A stretch of 63,801 nucleotides of DNA, filler included, from Reticulomyxa filosa (GCA_000512085.1; 21 parts of 21 records of this genome joined end to end with filler, not necessarily neighbours in it), one strand, 5' to 3'. Numbered from the whole stretch's first letter, positions 24,801 through 38,438 are shown. Notes: generated by a model from the sequence alone, not told the origin. Translations and numbers: made by a program.

Positions 24801-27800
24801 AGTTCATCAATGAGTTTATTTATAACATCTTTGAAGTCAAAAATATTTATTGATATTATCTCCATTTTCACTAAGCAATTCACAAGATTTTCTGGTCGTA
24901 GATCATCTATTGCATTTTTTTCCAATTGGATGATTTGTTTGTTCACCATTGAGTTAATGACTTCAATTTGGGAGTTTGCAAAGTCTGAAAGGATTGAATA
25001 CTTTTGCATAAAAATAAAGCATTTGTACCAACGATTGAGGCAATTACAATCGGAGGGGGTCCACTTAGAAATGTTCATAGTGTCAATAGAGTTTTGTGTG
25101 TTTTGTTCTAATTGTTTTAAACGCTGTTCAAGTTTCTTAATATTTGTAACGTGGTTTTGCATTGAGACATTTGCTGCATAAAGTCAAGTGTATCTTTCAT
25201 GTTTTGGAAATATTGATTTAGTTCCATATCATTTGCTTTGGTGGTGGTCTCATTAATTATTCCTTCCATGATCATATCATTTAACATTTTCTCCAAATGA
25301 CTATTGAGAGTATTCATTATTTCCGAATACGTCCATAGATTGGAAGATGTGCTAAAGTCTTCAGGGATACCACAATCCATCTTTTTTTGTTTAAATGTTT
25401 TCAATTTTTGCTAAAAATTATCATCGCCAACTATTTTTATGATGTCTAACACTTTTTGTAAATCTTGAGCATTTTTTTGCACAATGTTGATATTGCATTT
25501 CTTTTCCAACGACGAAAAAGAGTTGGAGATTTTTCTATCTAATTCTTTGACTTTCTCGTTAAAATCAGACGGCATCACTTCATTAGCCTTATTTTTCATA
25601 TCTGCCTTAAAATCCATGCATTGAATGAAAAAGTCCAATAACTGTTCTATGGATTCTATTGTCTTGGGGCTAACTTCATAACGATCCAATACACCCAAAC
25701 TAGTTATTGTTTTTGTCGGAACTTTCCAAATTGATCAGTAAATGTGTTTCGAGTCGATTCGAAGCTGTTGTTAGCTGCGGATAGATTTAGTTTTGTTGAT
25801 TTAATATTGAGTAAATCTTTCAGATCCTTTAATACTCCAGTTACATCTTCGTTGGCCCATTTTTGATTTATCCTTTCAACCATATTTCGAATTATTATGG
25901 GTGCTTGGCGTTCAATCTCGTTTTTTTCAAGGTTTGTACATGTATCCAAGAAATAATTAATATGATCCACGTTTTTGGTATTTAATACTTCATCTGCATT
26001 ACGCATAGCTTTGTTGATTTTATCCTTAATTTCTGCTTCACTTTGTTTGATATCTGTATTGAGCATTTCCTTCATGTGATCAGGCAGAACTGCCATTACT
26101 GTCTTACATTGACGGATAAAATGTTGAGTTTGTATTAACGACTCTGTTTCCACATCTCTGCAAGCTGTTTCCAATTGAGCTCGAACCTCTTTAATAATAA
26201 TATCTTCAATTTCTTTCCATTCATTTTCATACTTTGCAGTGATAAATTTGGCATAAATTTCATTGGGTGTAGGTGAAGAGATATATGTAGTCAGTGGAGC
26301 ATTTTTAAATCGATCTACAGTCTCTTTCAATTTGTTTTCAATAGTGTTCTTAAGTTGGTTCACGCGATCCATGATTTCACTTTTTCTTCCGTGCTTCCCT
26401 TCTTTCTTTATGGTCTCCTTATTCGAAGAAATTAACTCATAACAATCCCTTAAAATGTCTGCCATGTCTTGAATAAAACTGATTCTTTTGTTTGCCTCTA
26501 AAAAATTCAAATTAGTCAATAACCTGTCGAATGTGTTTAATTCCGTTTCCATATTTTTTTTAATATCAGATTTAACTTTCTTTATTGTTCTAGCGATTTC
26601 TTTTTTGCCATCTCATTCATGAATTGACTGGCATTATGTGCTTCTTTGATATATTCTAGATTATTCTTCAGTTCCTTCAGATTTTTAATATCTACCTCGC
26701 TCTCCTCAAGTGGCAGTACCTTTATTTTTTTGGCCAAAGTATACAAATCTCTTGACCAAGAGGTTTTAATATCTTTGAATGCCTTTTTTTTATTTGGATC
26801 GTCGATTTGTTCAAGCTCATACATTTTTGTGCCAACGGTAGAATATCGACGATTTTTGATCGCTTCCAGTGCTGGTTTGATTTCAATCTCATCGCTGTAG
26901 ATTTTATTTTGGTACGTCGAAAATAGATCATGAAATTTGTGATTGGGTTGAGCAAAATCATCCAATTCACTAAAAGCTTTAGCAATTGCGATTTTTCTTT
27001 TCAATAATGTAGAGTTTGCTTCCATTGTCAACCCCATCATCTCGTCAGATAGATTCACATACATTCGTTTCAATCGTTTGTCAAATTGTCCAATTATATC
27101 TTGTGGAAAGTATGCAAATATTGTTGGATAATCTTTTTGCAGTTTTTTGACTTCAGTTAATCCATTGGAAACATCTCCGACCTCCTCAATCATGTTTGTA
27201 TCAATGTCGTTGTTATTATCTTTTTTTTCATCACTGCTCGGCGTTGTTCCACTTTCGATAAGAGTCAAAGAGTTGATTTGATTTTTAACAAAAATGGAAT
27301 ACTTTTGTAAAAATTCTTCCACCAAATTCAATGTGTTTGTGATTTCTTGTTTCAGAGAAACTACCCGCCTATTCTCTGTTTGTTTTTTTTCATCCTCATC
27401 ATTGCCACTTGTACCAAGAAGTTGACTTGTTATTGCATCAGCAGGGAAGGTGATGGCTTTGCATTCTTTCAAGTACTGCAATATCTTTACAGTTTTGGGT
27501 GCATTCAGTACTTCAAAGGTATATCCAGAATTTTTCTTTAATTTTGCAATTTCACGTTCGCATTGACGAATCTTGTCATTCAATTCTTTTTCATTATTGA
27601 TTAATCTTTGTATATCACTCTCTACAAATTCGTGGCTCTTTAATGATTCACGAACACTTGCCAACGACATCTCTCCTTTTTGTAATTGTTTTTCGTATTC
27701 TCTCTTTACTTGTTCGTCCTTGTCTAGTTTTTCTTTTAATTCGTTCATTTGTTTTTGATAACTTTCATTCATTCCCTTTGCTTCTTGTTTCAACTTTTCC

Positions 27801-30800
27801 GAATTCTGTTGTCCTTCTTCTGTTTTCTCTTCCACTCCTTCTGTGGGCCACTTGCTTGCTATTTTCAAATGTATCACTGCTTCCTTGTCGGATGTCAGCT
27901 GCGGAGATGTCGGCAACAAATCGGGGATGGAATTTTCATTTTCAGATTCTTGTTTGATTTCTCCTATTTGCGAAAGTATTTCTTGGCTTTCTTTTGTATT
28001 ATCTTTATACTGTTGATCAGGCATAATCATGATTTTGGTTAATTCTTCTATTTTGGTTTTCGTCGCATTGATTTTTAAATCAAGATCTTTTGCATCCTTA
28101 AACTCCATTTTCTGTAAATACAAATTGGTAGCACGGATATCTTCAGCACACAATTTAAGTTGGATCAAACTCTCTCTCATCTTTTTTTGATTTGTCACAT
28201 TTTTTGCTTCCAACGCAAATTCACGACGAATTGTAGCTAACGTGACTCGCACAGATTGCTCCAATGGACCAGCTACTTTTTGACGAAAAGGGATTAGTTC
28301 TGGAATGATCGCTTCCAAACAACGCAAATGTTCAAGATGAGCAAAGACATTACGGACGTCTTTGAAATGCTCAGGATGGTCTAGATCAAGTTCCAATTCT
28401 TGACTTAATTGTTGCAATTCATGTAAATGCGATATTAGCTTTTGTTTGATGGTATCTATCAAACTACCGCTATCATCTTCTTGACGTTCATTAATCCACT
28501 TCGAATTGCTCACACAAAGGACACACTCATACAATCGATTGTAATCAATCGATACATTTTGTCTGTTGAGAGAGCCAAGTATTACATCAATGTCTTTTTG
28601 GACTTCACGTACAAACGCATTTATTTTTTCGATAGTTTGATAATATTGACTTCCCGTCCTTTCTTTTACTACTTTCATGCCTCGAAGTTCTTCCATCACC
28701 AAAATCAATTTTTTGATTTCATCAAATGCTTGATACCTTTTTTTTTTAAACAGGTTCAAAATCTCTTGTCCAACTTTTTCAAAATATTCAATTATTTCAT
28801 TTACAAATGAACGAACTATTTCTTTTGTTGACTTGTCAAGTCCAACATATTCACAAGGTAATTCAAACGTACTTGCTGCTTCCTCCAAGAGAAAAACGTT
28901 CGTTTTCAAGATGTGGCCTTCATTTTTGTCGAGTTTTTCAATTCGGACGTTAATCACTTTTTTCCTTTCTTCTTTTTCTTTATTTTCTTCAATATTGTCT
29001 ACTCTTTCCTCTTTGATTGTTTTTTTCAACACATCACGTCCTTCATTTGCAATATGATCGAGATGAACCAATAATTCATTTTCCAAATCTTTGATCTTTT
29101 CTTTAATATCTACGAAAGAACGAAAATGTTCTTGAAGAATTAAAACCTTTCCAATTTTCTCCACTTCTTTTCGAAACTTCAAAAATTCATTCTTTTTAAT
29201 GCATTCCTTTGCTTCATCCACACAATCTACAACTCTCTTTTTCAACTTTTGACACGCTTCATTGTAAACATTACGAAAATTAGGGAAACAGGCTTGCACT
29301 TGTGCCATTTTGTCCAAATGAACTTGTAATGTACTTTCACCTTCCTTTTCATCTTCGATTGCGTTGATCAACTGTTTCATTTGTTCATTGATGTTTTGAG
29401 TTAAAGACTCGCCACAAATTGCATCTTTCAAATGAATTCGCAATTCATTTGCAGCAACAAGTTCATTTACAACTTTCTGATAAGCCAACATATCATCTTT
29501 ACTTATTGAATGTGGAGATGCAATTCGTTTATTGAGTATTGATTTGGCATCTTCATATTTTTGATTCCATTCATTGGTCAATTTTTTCACACAATCATTG
29601 TATTCACTTTCAATCGTTGAAAGTTTCAATATATTATTCAGGTCTGTAAGTTCATCTAACTTTATTTTAGCAACATGATAATCTCCATTTTGATAAGCCA
29701 ACCAAATATCTTCTTTGTGCTTTTGCACTTGCATATGAACTACTCCTTTAGAATTTTCGGAAACAAAGGGTTGAAAGACCTCTCCAGGTTCTTTAATGAA
29801 ATCCTTTATATCAGAAAGTTCCTCCAACAAATTATTTGGTGAATCTTTCAGTAAATTTGGTGCATTCAGTCCTTTTCTTGTCTTTTTGACAATATCTACC
29901 AAAATGGATTTGAACCCTTTATCTTGTTCGTCTTTAATACTATCGTAAGCTGTCTTCACATGTCCGTTCATATATTGTCTTTCATTTTCAGGCATTTTGG
30001 TAAACACATATGAGAATGCACTGAGATGATTTTCGATGGACGGAATAATAGATACGAGCGTACGAGCTAAATCTTTGACACAGTTCATTCGATTGCCCAA
30101 GGCAGTGTAACTAATCAACACTACAGGTTTAACACTTTTACAATTTTGCAATGCTCGAATGACTCCAATGCCATTGGCAACATCAACTTCAGGACCACTC
30201 GTATCTTCAAATCCAGGAGTGTCACAAAGGACAACACTATCTATGTCTACAAGTATATTCATCCCTTTTAAATTGATGGGAACAGCTGTAATATATCGTG
30301 TCTCAGATTCTGCCTTTGCACTTGTACGAACATTAGCCAATGCTTTATTTTTGATTTGCACTGGGGCTATATGGCGTACTCCATCTACAATTTGTTCCTT
30401 CATAGTCGATCCAGCTAGAAAATGGATTAAAGTAGACTTGCCAGCTCCAGTACCTCCCAACAACAATATCACATTTTGATTTTGAATTGTATTTGCTGCT
30501 TCCTCTGCTTTTTTCACCAACTCCAACATTAATTTTATGTTGAAGTGCTCTCCTTGCTTTTTTGCGAAACTCGTAGATGGAGTGAAGGGAGGATTTATTT
30601 GAGGCGGTCCATCCAATGCGTATTTCGTTTCATCTTCATTGTCATTCAATTCTTGTTTTTCTTTTGAGGTAACTATATGTCCATCAACTCCTGGCTCCAT
30701 TGTGCTGTTCTTCGGTAAGTCTAAACAGATCACTTGAAGTTTCAAAGACCATTTATTACTGTTATGTTGGTCATATCGATCAGCCCAAATACGTTTCAAG

Positions 30801-31370
30801 TCATCTGCAGTCTGTATTTTATTAGCTTGATTTTCGTCCTCTAAATGCTCTTCATCTGATAGTCCTCCAATCAATTGTTTCAAATCTTCAAAATATTTGT
30901 TCCAATTTTTTTGTTCCATTTCACCATAAAAATTTGGATCATTTGAGTCTTTTGGACACCATGTCATTTTCTTGTTTTCTTTTGTTATTTCCAAGCATCT
31001 CTTTTTTTATTATTATTGTTTATTAATATTTTATTGTTTACTTTTTTAAAGGAAGAAAGAAGACCACACACACCATTTTTAATGTGTAGGATGTTGCCTT
31101 TTTATCTTTAATAAGTACATTCCAAAGATCAATAAAATCTTCATCATTGTCGACATGATCGTCAATATTATCTTTTTTTACCAAAAGAAATGAGGATGTT
31201 GTTGCTAGATGGAACTTTTCTTTGATTGTATTCAACAATCCTTCCCAATTTTTCTCTTTCACACTATCTGGCATTCTTCCATCATTTCGTAGGTCAGTTG
31301 CCTTAAATATTGCTTTTTCATGTCCACAGGATTCAATAGCAAAGTGTTTGTCCTTGTATTTTGTTTGCAT
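21885..31370 (-). CDS. Giant (~3,100 aa) multidomain protein: 2x PB1-like modules, P-loop GTPase, helical/coiled-coil region, SecA-type ATPase, vWA; reading frame interrupted as assembled
   Basis: An in-frame GT-AG intron at 31001-31073 joins the first exon to ORF 26582-30994. GTPase motifs: LLGGTGAGKST, SET, LCDTPGFEDT, VFTK. SecA motifs: IGTGEGKS, VSYSEYLSSRD, YGT, LIDEVDVF, GVSGT, FGRGTDF, GGPHVIQTF, QIKGRTARQG. vWA MIDAS-like VLMDATGSM, then VILIGDMPP. Four +1-nt homopolymer corrections and one in-frame TAG (25411) join six ORFs. Confidence 0.88.
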
Positions 31371-31894
31371 ATTTTTTTTGGATCTACTCCATTTTAAAAA
31401 ACTTTTTTGTGCAACTAAGAAAAGTAACTAAACCATTTTTTGCTTCTGTATGGCAAATATGTGAAAATAATTCAACCGTCACTAAATGGAAAATGGCCAA
31501 AAGAACAAAAATAATCTGGCTCCACTTTTGAGAAAATTTTTTGTTACAAAAAAAAAATTCAATCGTGATTGTTTCTTTACAATCAGTACTGAGTATCTTA
31601 TGCTAATGGAACAAAAAAGATTAAATATATAAATAAAATAATGTGTATTTAATCGTTACAAATGTTGACATTTTTATGAGATCGTAATTTACGTTAAAAG
31701 TGAAGTCCTAACGATTGATATTTTTTTACCAATGTATTGTAAGTGTATATAATAATGAGATTATAAGTTTCAAATAAAAACATTAAAATTGATTTGTAGA
31801 TATTAATTGTGTTGTGTTTCATTTTGGAAACAGTCAGTGTAAAAATAGTACATTAAAAGTGTAAGGCTTTGAAAAAAGAACAGTTCTAAACTTT

Positions 31895-34190
31895 CAAGGA
31901 GGTGCCAAAAGACTGGTTAAAAATTTGGGATTTAGGAGAATAAAAACAAGATTTTCTAGCCTCAGGTGTCTCAAGTGTAACAGATTTAAAATACAAAAGC
32001 AGAGGAGGAAATAGCAGAATTGGCAGGACCAGAAAAAATAAATATGAAACCATCAGGTCAAAAAAAATTTGTAAACGAAAGAAAAGGAAATATGGATGAT
32101 ACAAAAAAGAAGGAATTTAGAAAATGGCTTGCATCAAATCGATGGGAAGTATACGAAAGTAAATGTGTAGAAAACGGAGTGACTAATTTAGACGACTTAA
32201 AACAATTGAAAACAGAGAAAGAAATTTTAGAATTAGCAGGAACAGGCAATATTGATATGAAAGATATTGATAAACAAAAATTTGTAAAGGCTGTTTTAGC
32301 TCTTAATTTAAAAAATAGCATTTCTGAAGATTTAAGAGAATGGCTTGCAGCGAATAAACTAGAATAATATGAAAGTAAATTTATTGAAAATGAAGTGATA
32401 TTTGGATGATCTGAAAATACTAAAAAAAGAAGAATTTTTGGAGTTGGCAGAAAATCTAAATATGGGGGTTATGCATCAACAAAGATTTGTAACTGCGGCA
32501 CTGGCTCTACATTTAAATAATGGACCTGGCTTTGACCAAGATGAAAAGAATGCGTTTGTTGAAAACAAATAAATGAAAATGACGATATTTTATTAGATAA
32601 TGAATTAGAGGGGTATAAAAATTTTAAGGAAGAATTGGAGTATGTATATTGTATCATACATATACACATATATGTATATACATATAAAGTATATAAATCT
32701 AAATGTTTTTTTTAACTTATTAATAGAAATGAAGTAAAAAAGATCAAGCGAATGATCAAAAATGATACTTATGTTAAGTTTGTCTATAAAAACCTAATTT
32801 TGACAATTGGATATTTTACAATTAAAAAAAAAATGTGAATAACAGGAATTCGAATCAGATTTCGCAAAAACTTTTGTAAATGCATTGGATATAATAAAAG
32901 ACATGACATCAGAATTTCATTGTTATCCTTATCAGCAATCATTGGCAAGCAACATAGAATATTTGTCCAAGGACATAACAATGACTCGTATTATGATGTC
33001 ATTTTTGTCAAATTTGTCATTTCGATTAATGGAATTTGCTCCTGCTACCAATCCAAAAGGTAAATCGTTATTCAAAACTGTGAAAATGTCATGCCAAGAC
33101 ATTACTAATAACCCATAGAGATAAACAGATATGTTACTGAATATGTTGGCATTTTGAAAAATCTTCGAGATTCGATAACTGATTGTAATAAAAATAGTAA
33201 AAATATGTTTTCATTTCAATCACCAGTAGAAAGCTTTAACAATTCTGTTGAAATGTTAAAGATATTTTATAATAAACGTAAACCATTTTTGATAAAAATG
33301 CGAAACAATTACAATGAAAAATATAAAATGATGTCAAATTTCTTATTACCTGCCAATATAAGTGGTATTCTGGAAAATTTGGAAACATCTGAAAAAAAAT
33401 ATTTTGAAATGCAATCAGAGTATACAAAAAAAGAAGAGGAAATGAACAAAGAAATAGAAACAAAAAAAGATATATTTGATGAAATTATATACAAGTTAAA
33501 TGAAGAAATAGATAAGCTACAAAAGAATTTGGAAGAACTTCAAAATCAAAATCAAGAGAGATGGCAATGGCAAACAATAAAGCTAATGCTGAACATACTA
33601 AACAAAGGAAAGAAAGTATACAAAAGCAATTACAAGTATTGGCAAATGAAATACAAAATGAACACAAAAATGAAGAATCAACAATTGAAAATGCAATTAC
33701 TGAACTTAAACAAGCAGAAAGAGAAAGATAACAACAATTACAAAACTATTTGGATACTTGTGAAACGCAATCACGACAATATAACCAGCTTAAAGAAGAA
33801 ACTTCTTCAGTACGAAAGGAAATAGAGGAGAAAAAAAAAGCATTAACTGAAAAACAAGCCCTTTCACGTGAGGAAATACATAAAAAAGAAAAATATTGTA
33901 AACAATATAAACAAGACTTATTGCAAGCATATCTTACAAAAAAATCAAAATTCAAACAAGAATATGAAGAAAATAAAAAAAAATGAAAGACATTTTAGAA
34001 GTAGTTGGAGTGCAAAAAGGTTTGATCATTCAATTTTTGAATTTGGCCGAGTATCTTAAAAAGGCAATGCACAAATATCACCTATTGAAAAAAACTGATA
34101 TACATTTTAATTCAAGCACAACAAGTGCGACAATTATGTCCATCTCTTGCTGATATTTGGAAAGGTGGAGTGTTAGAAAAGTATGTCTAA
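31895..34190 (+). pseudogene. Triple SAM-domain + helical/coiled-coil protein gene (disrupted), divergent from the giant gene
   Basis: Three tandem SAM-like units (KDWLKIWDLGE*KQDFLASGVSSVTDLK; RKWLASNRWEVYESKCVENGVTNLDDLKQL..KQKFVKAVLAL; REWLAANKLE*YESKFIENEV..LDDLKIL) are followed by introns and a long coiled coil. Several in-frame stops and frameshifts. Confidence 0.75.
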
Positions 34191-34559
34191 CAGCTCTATC
34201 ATCAGATGTTCCAATGCCAAGATTCACAAAATATGCGATTCACAACAGCAGCAATCCACTGGACTTTTTTCAGATTATTTATTAATACAAGTTCACTGTC
34301 ATGATAAAATACAAATGAAAGTGATGTTATATTCTTCTCATTGATATTCATAAACTATTGCACCTGTGGACTCAGTGCCACTTTATGTGCCATCGACTTT
34401 CTTTTTTGTTCCATCTTGAAATACGTCCTTTTGTTTTTATTTCACAATGAAAAAATGTGNNNNNNNNNNNNNNNNNNNNNNNNNNNNNNNNNNNNNNNNN
34501 NNNTTAATTAATTAANNNNNNNNNNNNNNNNNNNNNNNNNNNNNNNNNNNNNNNNNNNN

Positions 34560-35460
34560 GTTTGGTTGTCTCAATATCCCATATTCGAATGGTTTGATCA
34601 TATGACCCAGAACAAATAGTATATCCATTTCCACCAATCACACCAATATTATTCATTTTATTATCATTGTTATTATTGATTTGTAATGGTGAAATATCAA
34701 CACACCAAACACCAGCTTCATGTCCATTAAAAACATGTAATGATCTTGATGTTTCAACATCCCATAAACGAATTGTTTTGTCATATGATCCAGAACACAA
34801 ATATCTACCACCATTAAATGATGAGAATTTAATTTCACCAACACAATTAGTGTGTCCATTGAATGTTTGTAATTGTATATTACTTTTGAAATTCCAAAAA
34901 CGAATGACTTTGTCATCTGATGAAGAACAAATGACATGTTGACGATTATGATAATGATATGATGAAAATTTTACACAAGCCACACATTTCGAATATCTAT
35001 TGAATTCAATTTGTTTGTTGTTATCAATATCCCATACACGAACTGTATTATCTTGTGATGCAGAACAAATGATTTGTTGATCATCAAATGCTAAATAATC
35101 AATACTATGCACCCAATTAGTATGTCCAGTGAGTGTATTGATTAATTTGGATGATGAACAAAACTGATCAAGCATGAAAATAGTGCATGCCTATGTTAAA
35201 TAATGATTACGGGTAATAACAACAAATATATTTTTTTCATTACATGAAAAGACAAGAAATAAAACATAACATAATCAACAACAATTTTGCCAAGACCATG
35301 AGTCCATCCGAATGTAATGTGTAATCTTCGAATCCATTGTTGAACGATTATCTGGATCTCTTTTTTCTTCTGACTGGTTCAATCATAATGAAACAAATAC
35401 ATTAAGACCTAAAGACAAACAAGGTTTGAATAAAACTTACCAACGCTAGTTCATTGCTAA
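34560..35460 (-). CDS. WD40-repeat protein (5' part; truncated by contig end)
   Basis: Canonical GH...WD repeats (GHTNWVHSIDY..SASQDNTVRVWD; GHTNCVGEIKFS..SGSYDKTIRLWD; GHEAGVWCVDIS..SGSYDQTIRIWD). A short upstream exon reads IQIIVQQWIRRLHITFGW. Confidence 0.92.
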
Positions 35461-35795
35461 AAGTGGTTATTCTTTTGATCTCTCGGCTTTTTTTAAAATG
35501 AGTACACATTCCTTTCAATTTTTTTTTGGTTTTTCTCTTGGAATTGCTTCAGATATAAGATGAAAAAATGTTTGAACTTTTTTAACATCAAAGACGGGGG
35601 CAGTCAACGCAGAAGCAACTTTCTTTTCTGAAAAAGGTGTCAAATGTAATATATTGACAGCCAATCATTTCTTTTTCGTTTCATTACAAAAAAGATATCA
35701 TTGAGATGAGTTGCTTTGTTTATTTGTTGAAGCAGCATTTTTAAAAACATTTCCCTTTTTTCAATATTAGCCATAGTGATTTAATACGTTTTCGG

Positions 35796-37319
35796 CTATA
35801 ATAATTTCCAACAACTTTGCAAAAATTTTACAATCAGTTGTGAGTTTGACGTTTTTAGTCGATGATCTCCATTGTCAGGCTCCGCCTTTTTTTTAACGTA
35901 CACTATGTAATGTAACGTAGTATATATTCCACTGTTCCCGAGCGTGTTTTCTCTTTTGGTACTGAGAGTAGGTGCAGTAACTAAGTAATGAAAAAACAAT
36001 ACACAAGCTTAGAATGACAATGACAACGCCAACAGCGTCGGTCTTTTGGAAGATGTTTTTTTTTTGGAGGAGCCCCACTGACTCCTTTTTTTTGGTTTGA
36101 TCACCGGTTTCGCCGCTGCCAGTGCCATTGCGTGTTGTAGTCGTCTCTTTCTGCGTAGTCAGCGAAGTGGGTGCCTTGATCGGAACCAACGAGGTGGATC
36201 TTGTTGCGAGCCCACCGTTATTTTTCGTCTAAAACATATTATATGCACGTATAATGTGTCAAAAAAAAAAAAATTTGATATTTTGAGTTGTGTTTGTTTA
36301 ACATATGCCAAAGCAATGCCAGAGATAGTCATTGAATTGGAACCGGTTGATGTCCCCGAAATTGTGTAAAAAAAATGGGGAACACACAATCGCTTGAACT
36401 TCCTCCGTTCAAATAATCTTTATTGCACAATACCACTTGCAAAGTGCATGTGGTGTCGTCAAACGGCCTGCTCGAAAATTCAAACGTGTAGTTTCGATAC
36501 AATACTATCCTCGTTGGTTGTTGGAATTTGTTTGCAATTTAAACCAAAAGAAAAATATTGCACTTTTTTCACACGCTGGGATAGATAAGCAGAAAAGAAG
36601 TATAAATTTTCTTGTTACCTCCAAGATGCAACGAAAACAGAAATAAAACAACACTAATTAAATCCATCTTGGATTATTTATGACAAAAGATATATCCTTT
36701 TTCATTCTTGTTATTAACTCTCGTCAAATCTGTTTTTTTCAACAGAAAAGAAAATCACCTTTCCATACAGTAATAATTATGTGTGTCATAGATTACAAAA
36801 AAAGATTGGTCAAAAATATTTCTGACATGAAATGAATATTTTGTTGATTGTCGCGCTACTAAGGAAGTTTGACATACGTCCCAATTCGAAAAGTCAACAA
36901 CAGGCGCTTGTGCAGGAAAGCAATCTCGGATTTGGACATTCATAGTGTTTTTTGTTCGCATAATGTCCCCCCTTGACTGTTGGACTTTTCTTTAAGCGGG
37001 TAGTGTACATACGTATTTATTTATTGAAAAAAAATAGAAATATCAAGTGTGTCATCAGTTAATTGTACCAAAGATAGAGAAAATTTGATAAATGAATTAC
37101 GAAAAACGGCTGCTGAATTACATTTGACACACAGCTTGTGACCCATTTGGCATTGATATGTGAACTTGATAGCGACATTTTGATGCTACATCTAAAAAGT
37201 CGGATGTCGACGGCGCCAAAAGAATAGCAACCATCATTTAAATCTATGTTTACGAGGTGACAAGTGCAGTCGCACTTGGCATCATCGGCAATGTTATGGA
37301 TTCTATTAGAAACTCCCAA
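35796..37319 (-). CDS. Putative single-pass membrane protein of unknown family (multi-exon)
   Basis: Cys-containing upstream pieces, a Thr-rich linker (TSLTTQKETTTT), a hydrophobic helix AVGVVIVILSLCIVFSLLSY and then basic residues. The exon structure is unresolved. Confidence 0.35.
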
Positions 37320-38255
37320 AATGAAAAAAATGATTTTCAGTTATTGCTATATACTTGCTTGGCGTTTCGCAATTTTAGTGATTATTATTATTAATATTCT
37401 CTTTGTCAAGCTTGTTTATTATCATAGTGACAATCGAAAAATCATGACATCACTTATTGGTCAAACCTTGGCATTAACTATACTTTTTTTTTGTCAACTA
37501 GTACTTTGTCTTTTGAACATAGATACATGGATTTGGCCATTAAGAAAATTTTTTTTTATTTGTTACGTAAATGTACAATGTTTTCAAATAAATAATTAGT
37601 GTTTGTACGTATTTTTTTTTTTGAAAAATAAAATTTAAATTTTCTTAACATTGTCTTCAATAAATAATTTTTGGTCCAATTTTGTGTGCTTTTTATTGCT
37701 GGACATGTTCTAATAGTGATGTTTTTTTTAATTTGACTTTTTTGAATGATAATTAAAAAAAAAGAACATTAATCAGTTTGATCAGTACTAGACCAGCCAA
37801 ATATCATAATAAATGTTTTTTTTTTCTGAAAATGAAAAATGATGACTGCGAGATGTTATTGAGTTTTTCAAAATTGGATCATTTTTAGTCATTTTTGAAC
37901 CGATTTTTACAAAAAAAGCACTTTTTTCCAAAAAAAAAATTACAAAAGTCTTGGATGGGGGGGATGTTGTTCAAATTTTTTTATGTTTGTTTTTTAATGC
38001 AACAAAAAATACGCTTCAGTGGCCTTTGCTCACAGAAAACAAAAGAGAAAGCACGTTAGAAGCAAATCCTAGAAGTAAATATGCGATTGACGACATTAGT
38101 AAATCAAGTCAACGACAGAAGAAGCAAAGACAGACAGAACGAAGAACTATAACTTAACGATTGAGCCAATTATCAAAAAAGATCAAGTGATTGCTTGGTA
38201 AGTATGTGGTCCACGTAGTCGAGCACAAGATTGTGCAATTGGAAAAAAATTAAAG

Positions 38256-38438
38256 GAAAGAGATATTCCTTCACAGCACAGCTGAGAAGGAAATTATACG
38301 AGACACTAATAAAAAATTATCACGTTTAGCTACTTGGAACAAAAGTACGAATTGCCTAATGGTCAAGTCATCACTGTTGGTGCTTTAGCGATTATGATAC
38401 CAAGAAGTTTTATTCAAATCAAGCTTCATTGGATTAGA
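38256..38438 (+). pseudogene. Actin gene fragment
   Basis: ER.YSFT.TAEKEIIRDTNKKLS and KYELPNGQVITVGA..EVLFKSSFIGLE match actin [22 protein letters not shown] and [32 protein letters not shown]. Frameshifted and internally deleted. Confidence 0.85.

Noticed and set aside
25411-33130. In-frame TAG/TAA codons in the giant and SAM genes suggesting stop-codon reassignment
   Set aside because: TAA ends other genes at their natural C-termini (EMC8/9 at 41616, ORF at 51443), and long ORFs use CAA/CAG for Gln without internal TAR codons. Mutation or sequencing error is simpler.
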